DNA of 64,000 nucleotides from Pseudovirgaria hyperparasitica (Eukaryota): NCBI GenBank assembly GCA_010093815.1, contig ML996570.1; one strand, 5' to 3'. Shown piece by piece: positions 62,953 to 64,000 of this stretch (position 1 is its first letter; each line of letters starts with the position of its first letter). The notes under the pieces were generated by a model. It saw only the letters and a program-made list of their open reading frames with translations, ran no database searches and was not told where the DNA came from. The position numbers and the translations under genes were made by a program.

Positions 62953-64000
62953 TCATTCCTTACGAGAGCGCTTGTGAGATGCGTCGCTATTTTTCGTGTC
63001 CACTTCTACTCCACCCATAGTTTCGTCATCGTCATCGGACCCATCTTCCTTTTCAGGTTCACCAAACATTGTATTCTCAATGACTTCTTCCATGTCCACC
63101 TCCGAGGAAGCTCTAGATGGGGCTGAACGCTTGCGAGTTGGGATCGGGTCTTGGTCTTGATCAATATTATCACCAGCGGTAGGAAGCGCCCACGGAATAT
63201 CCTTCTCGTTGTCGAACTTGCAACTGGTCAAGTGGTCAACAGGGTGTTTAGCAAGATCCAACAAGCTCTCGTTGCTCAGGAGTTCAGCCTCGACAAGCGA
63301 TTGTCGCACAAGCTCTTTTATCTCCAGGACATGGTTCTCGACAACTTGCGACGCCTTCTTGGACATGTTGAACCTGTTGTGGAAGACATTCAGGACCGTG
63401 CGGTCGAGGTAGGCGCTGGGACCTGCTTGCGCGAGGTCGGTGTAGAACTGAAATCCGCCGTCCGGGGCGCGGTAGCTTTTGTCGTTGACGATGGCCTGGC
63501 CAAACCAATGGCGGAAGAAACCAAGAGCTACCCAGAACATCACGTCGGCGGAGTAGGCCTGGCGCTGACTATTGTCACCGGCCCTTCTCTGGATTTGGCG
63601 AGGGTACAGTGAGATGATTCTTGCTTCGAGGACCTTGCCACGCATGTTCAGGCGGTCGCGTTTTCTCTCGATGACAGCCATGCACTCTGGGAAGATGATC
63701 GACTTTGTAGCATCGGTCAGACTGTTATATTTGCCCACGGTATGGATCACAGCCTCTCTGAAGATGAGTACGCTCTTCATCCGATAAGCCGCGTTGAGCC
63801 AGACTGTTGGTTGTCTAGAGATGATGCGGAAGAGTTCTTGGCCAAATGCCATGAACACATTCTCGAGTGCTTTCGAAACAATCGGCAGAATGTCCAGGTA
63901 CTCAGCAATATCGAGGTGAGGGAACGCCTCCATCATGATGTGCTGGAGGTTCTTACCCTGGATGTCGAGTGGCTTGTTGTACATGGCTGCGAAGCAGTTC
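62953..64000 (-). CDS. Conserved fungal hypothetical protein, 5'-truncated by the window edge
   Basis: Open frame of more than 340 codons to the edge. The IFREAVIHTVG motif is typical of helical regions downstream of fungal BTB-like domains. Confidence 0.75.
   Translation of the reverse strand, partial: NCFAAMYNKPLDIQGKNLQHIMMEAFPHLDIAEYLDILPIVSKALENVFMAFGQELFRIISRQPTVWLNAAYRMKSVLIFREAVIHTVGKYNSLTDATKSIIFPECMAVIERKRDRLNMRGKVLEARIISLYPRQIQRRAGDNSQRQAYSADVMFWVALGFFRHWFGQAIVNDKSYRAPDGGFQFYTDLAQAGPSAYLDRTVLNVFHNRFNMSKKASQVVENHVLEIKELVRQSLVEAELLSNESLLDLAKHPVDHLTSCKFDNEKDIPWALPTAGDNIDQDQDPIPTRKRSAPSRASSEVDMEEVIENTMFGEPEKEDGSDDDDETMGGVEVDTKNSDASHKRSRKE

Overview
Gene-dense genomic DNA of a filamentous ascomycete (Pezizomycotina-type short GT-AG introns with CTRAC branch sites, clear RIP signatures). 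About 22 protein genes can be modelled. Most are housekeeping: ALYREF/Yra1-family RRM protein, SGNH esterase, Dal5-like MFS transporter, STRAP-like WD40, DBP9, RtcA-type RNA cyclase, WHI3-like RRM, mitoribosomal mS45, SLC1, CDC27, SND2, DUF3605, a secreted 5'-nucleotidase-like phosphoesterase, ECM4, WBP1 and the complex I 9.5-kDa subunit. The non-routine parts are four. (1) An accessory block at about 15-28 kb, where two divergent, intron-rich DUF6590-like paralogs with a PemK/MazF-like motif pattern bracket an intronless coiled-coil gene. (2) A 3.65-kb RIP-destroyed DNA transposon (36467-40122) with perfect 91-bp TIRs, a reconstructable DD34E Tc1/IS630 transposase, a convergent second Cys/His-motif gene, and a nested 152-bp solo LTR (TACCT TSD) ending in a tRNA-like 5' half. 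(3) A C/D-box snoRNA in the mS45 intron. (4) A tandem pair of BTB proteins with C-terminal zinc ribbons. All family assignments come from manual motif reading; no database search was run.
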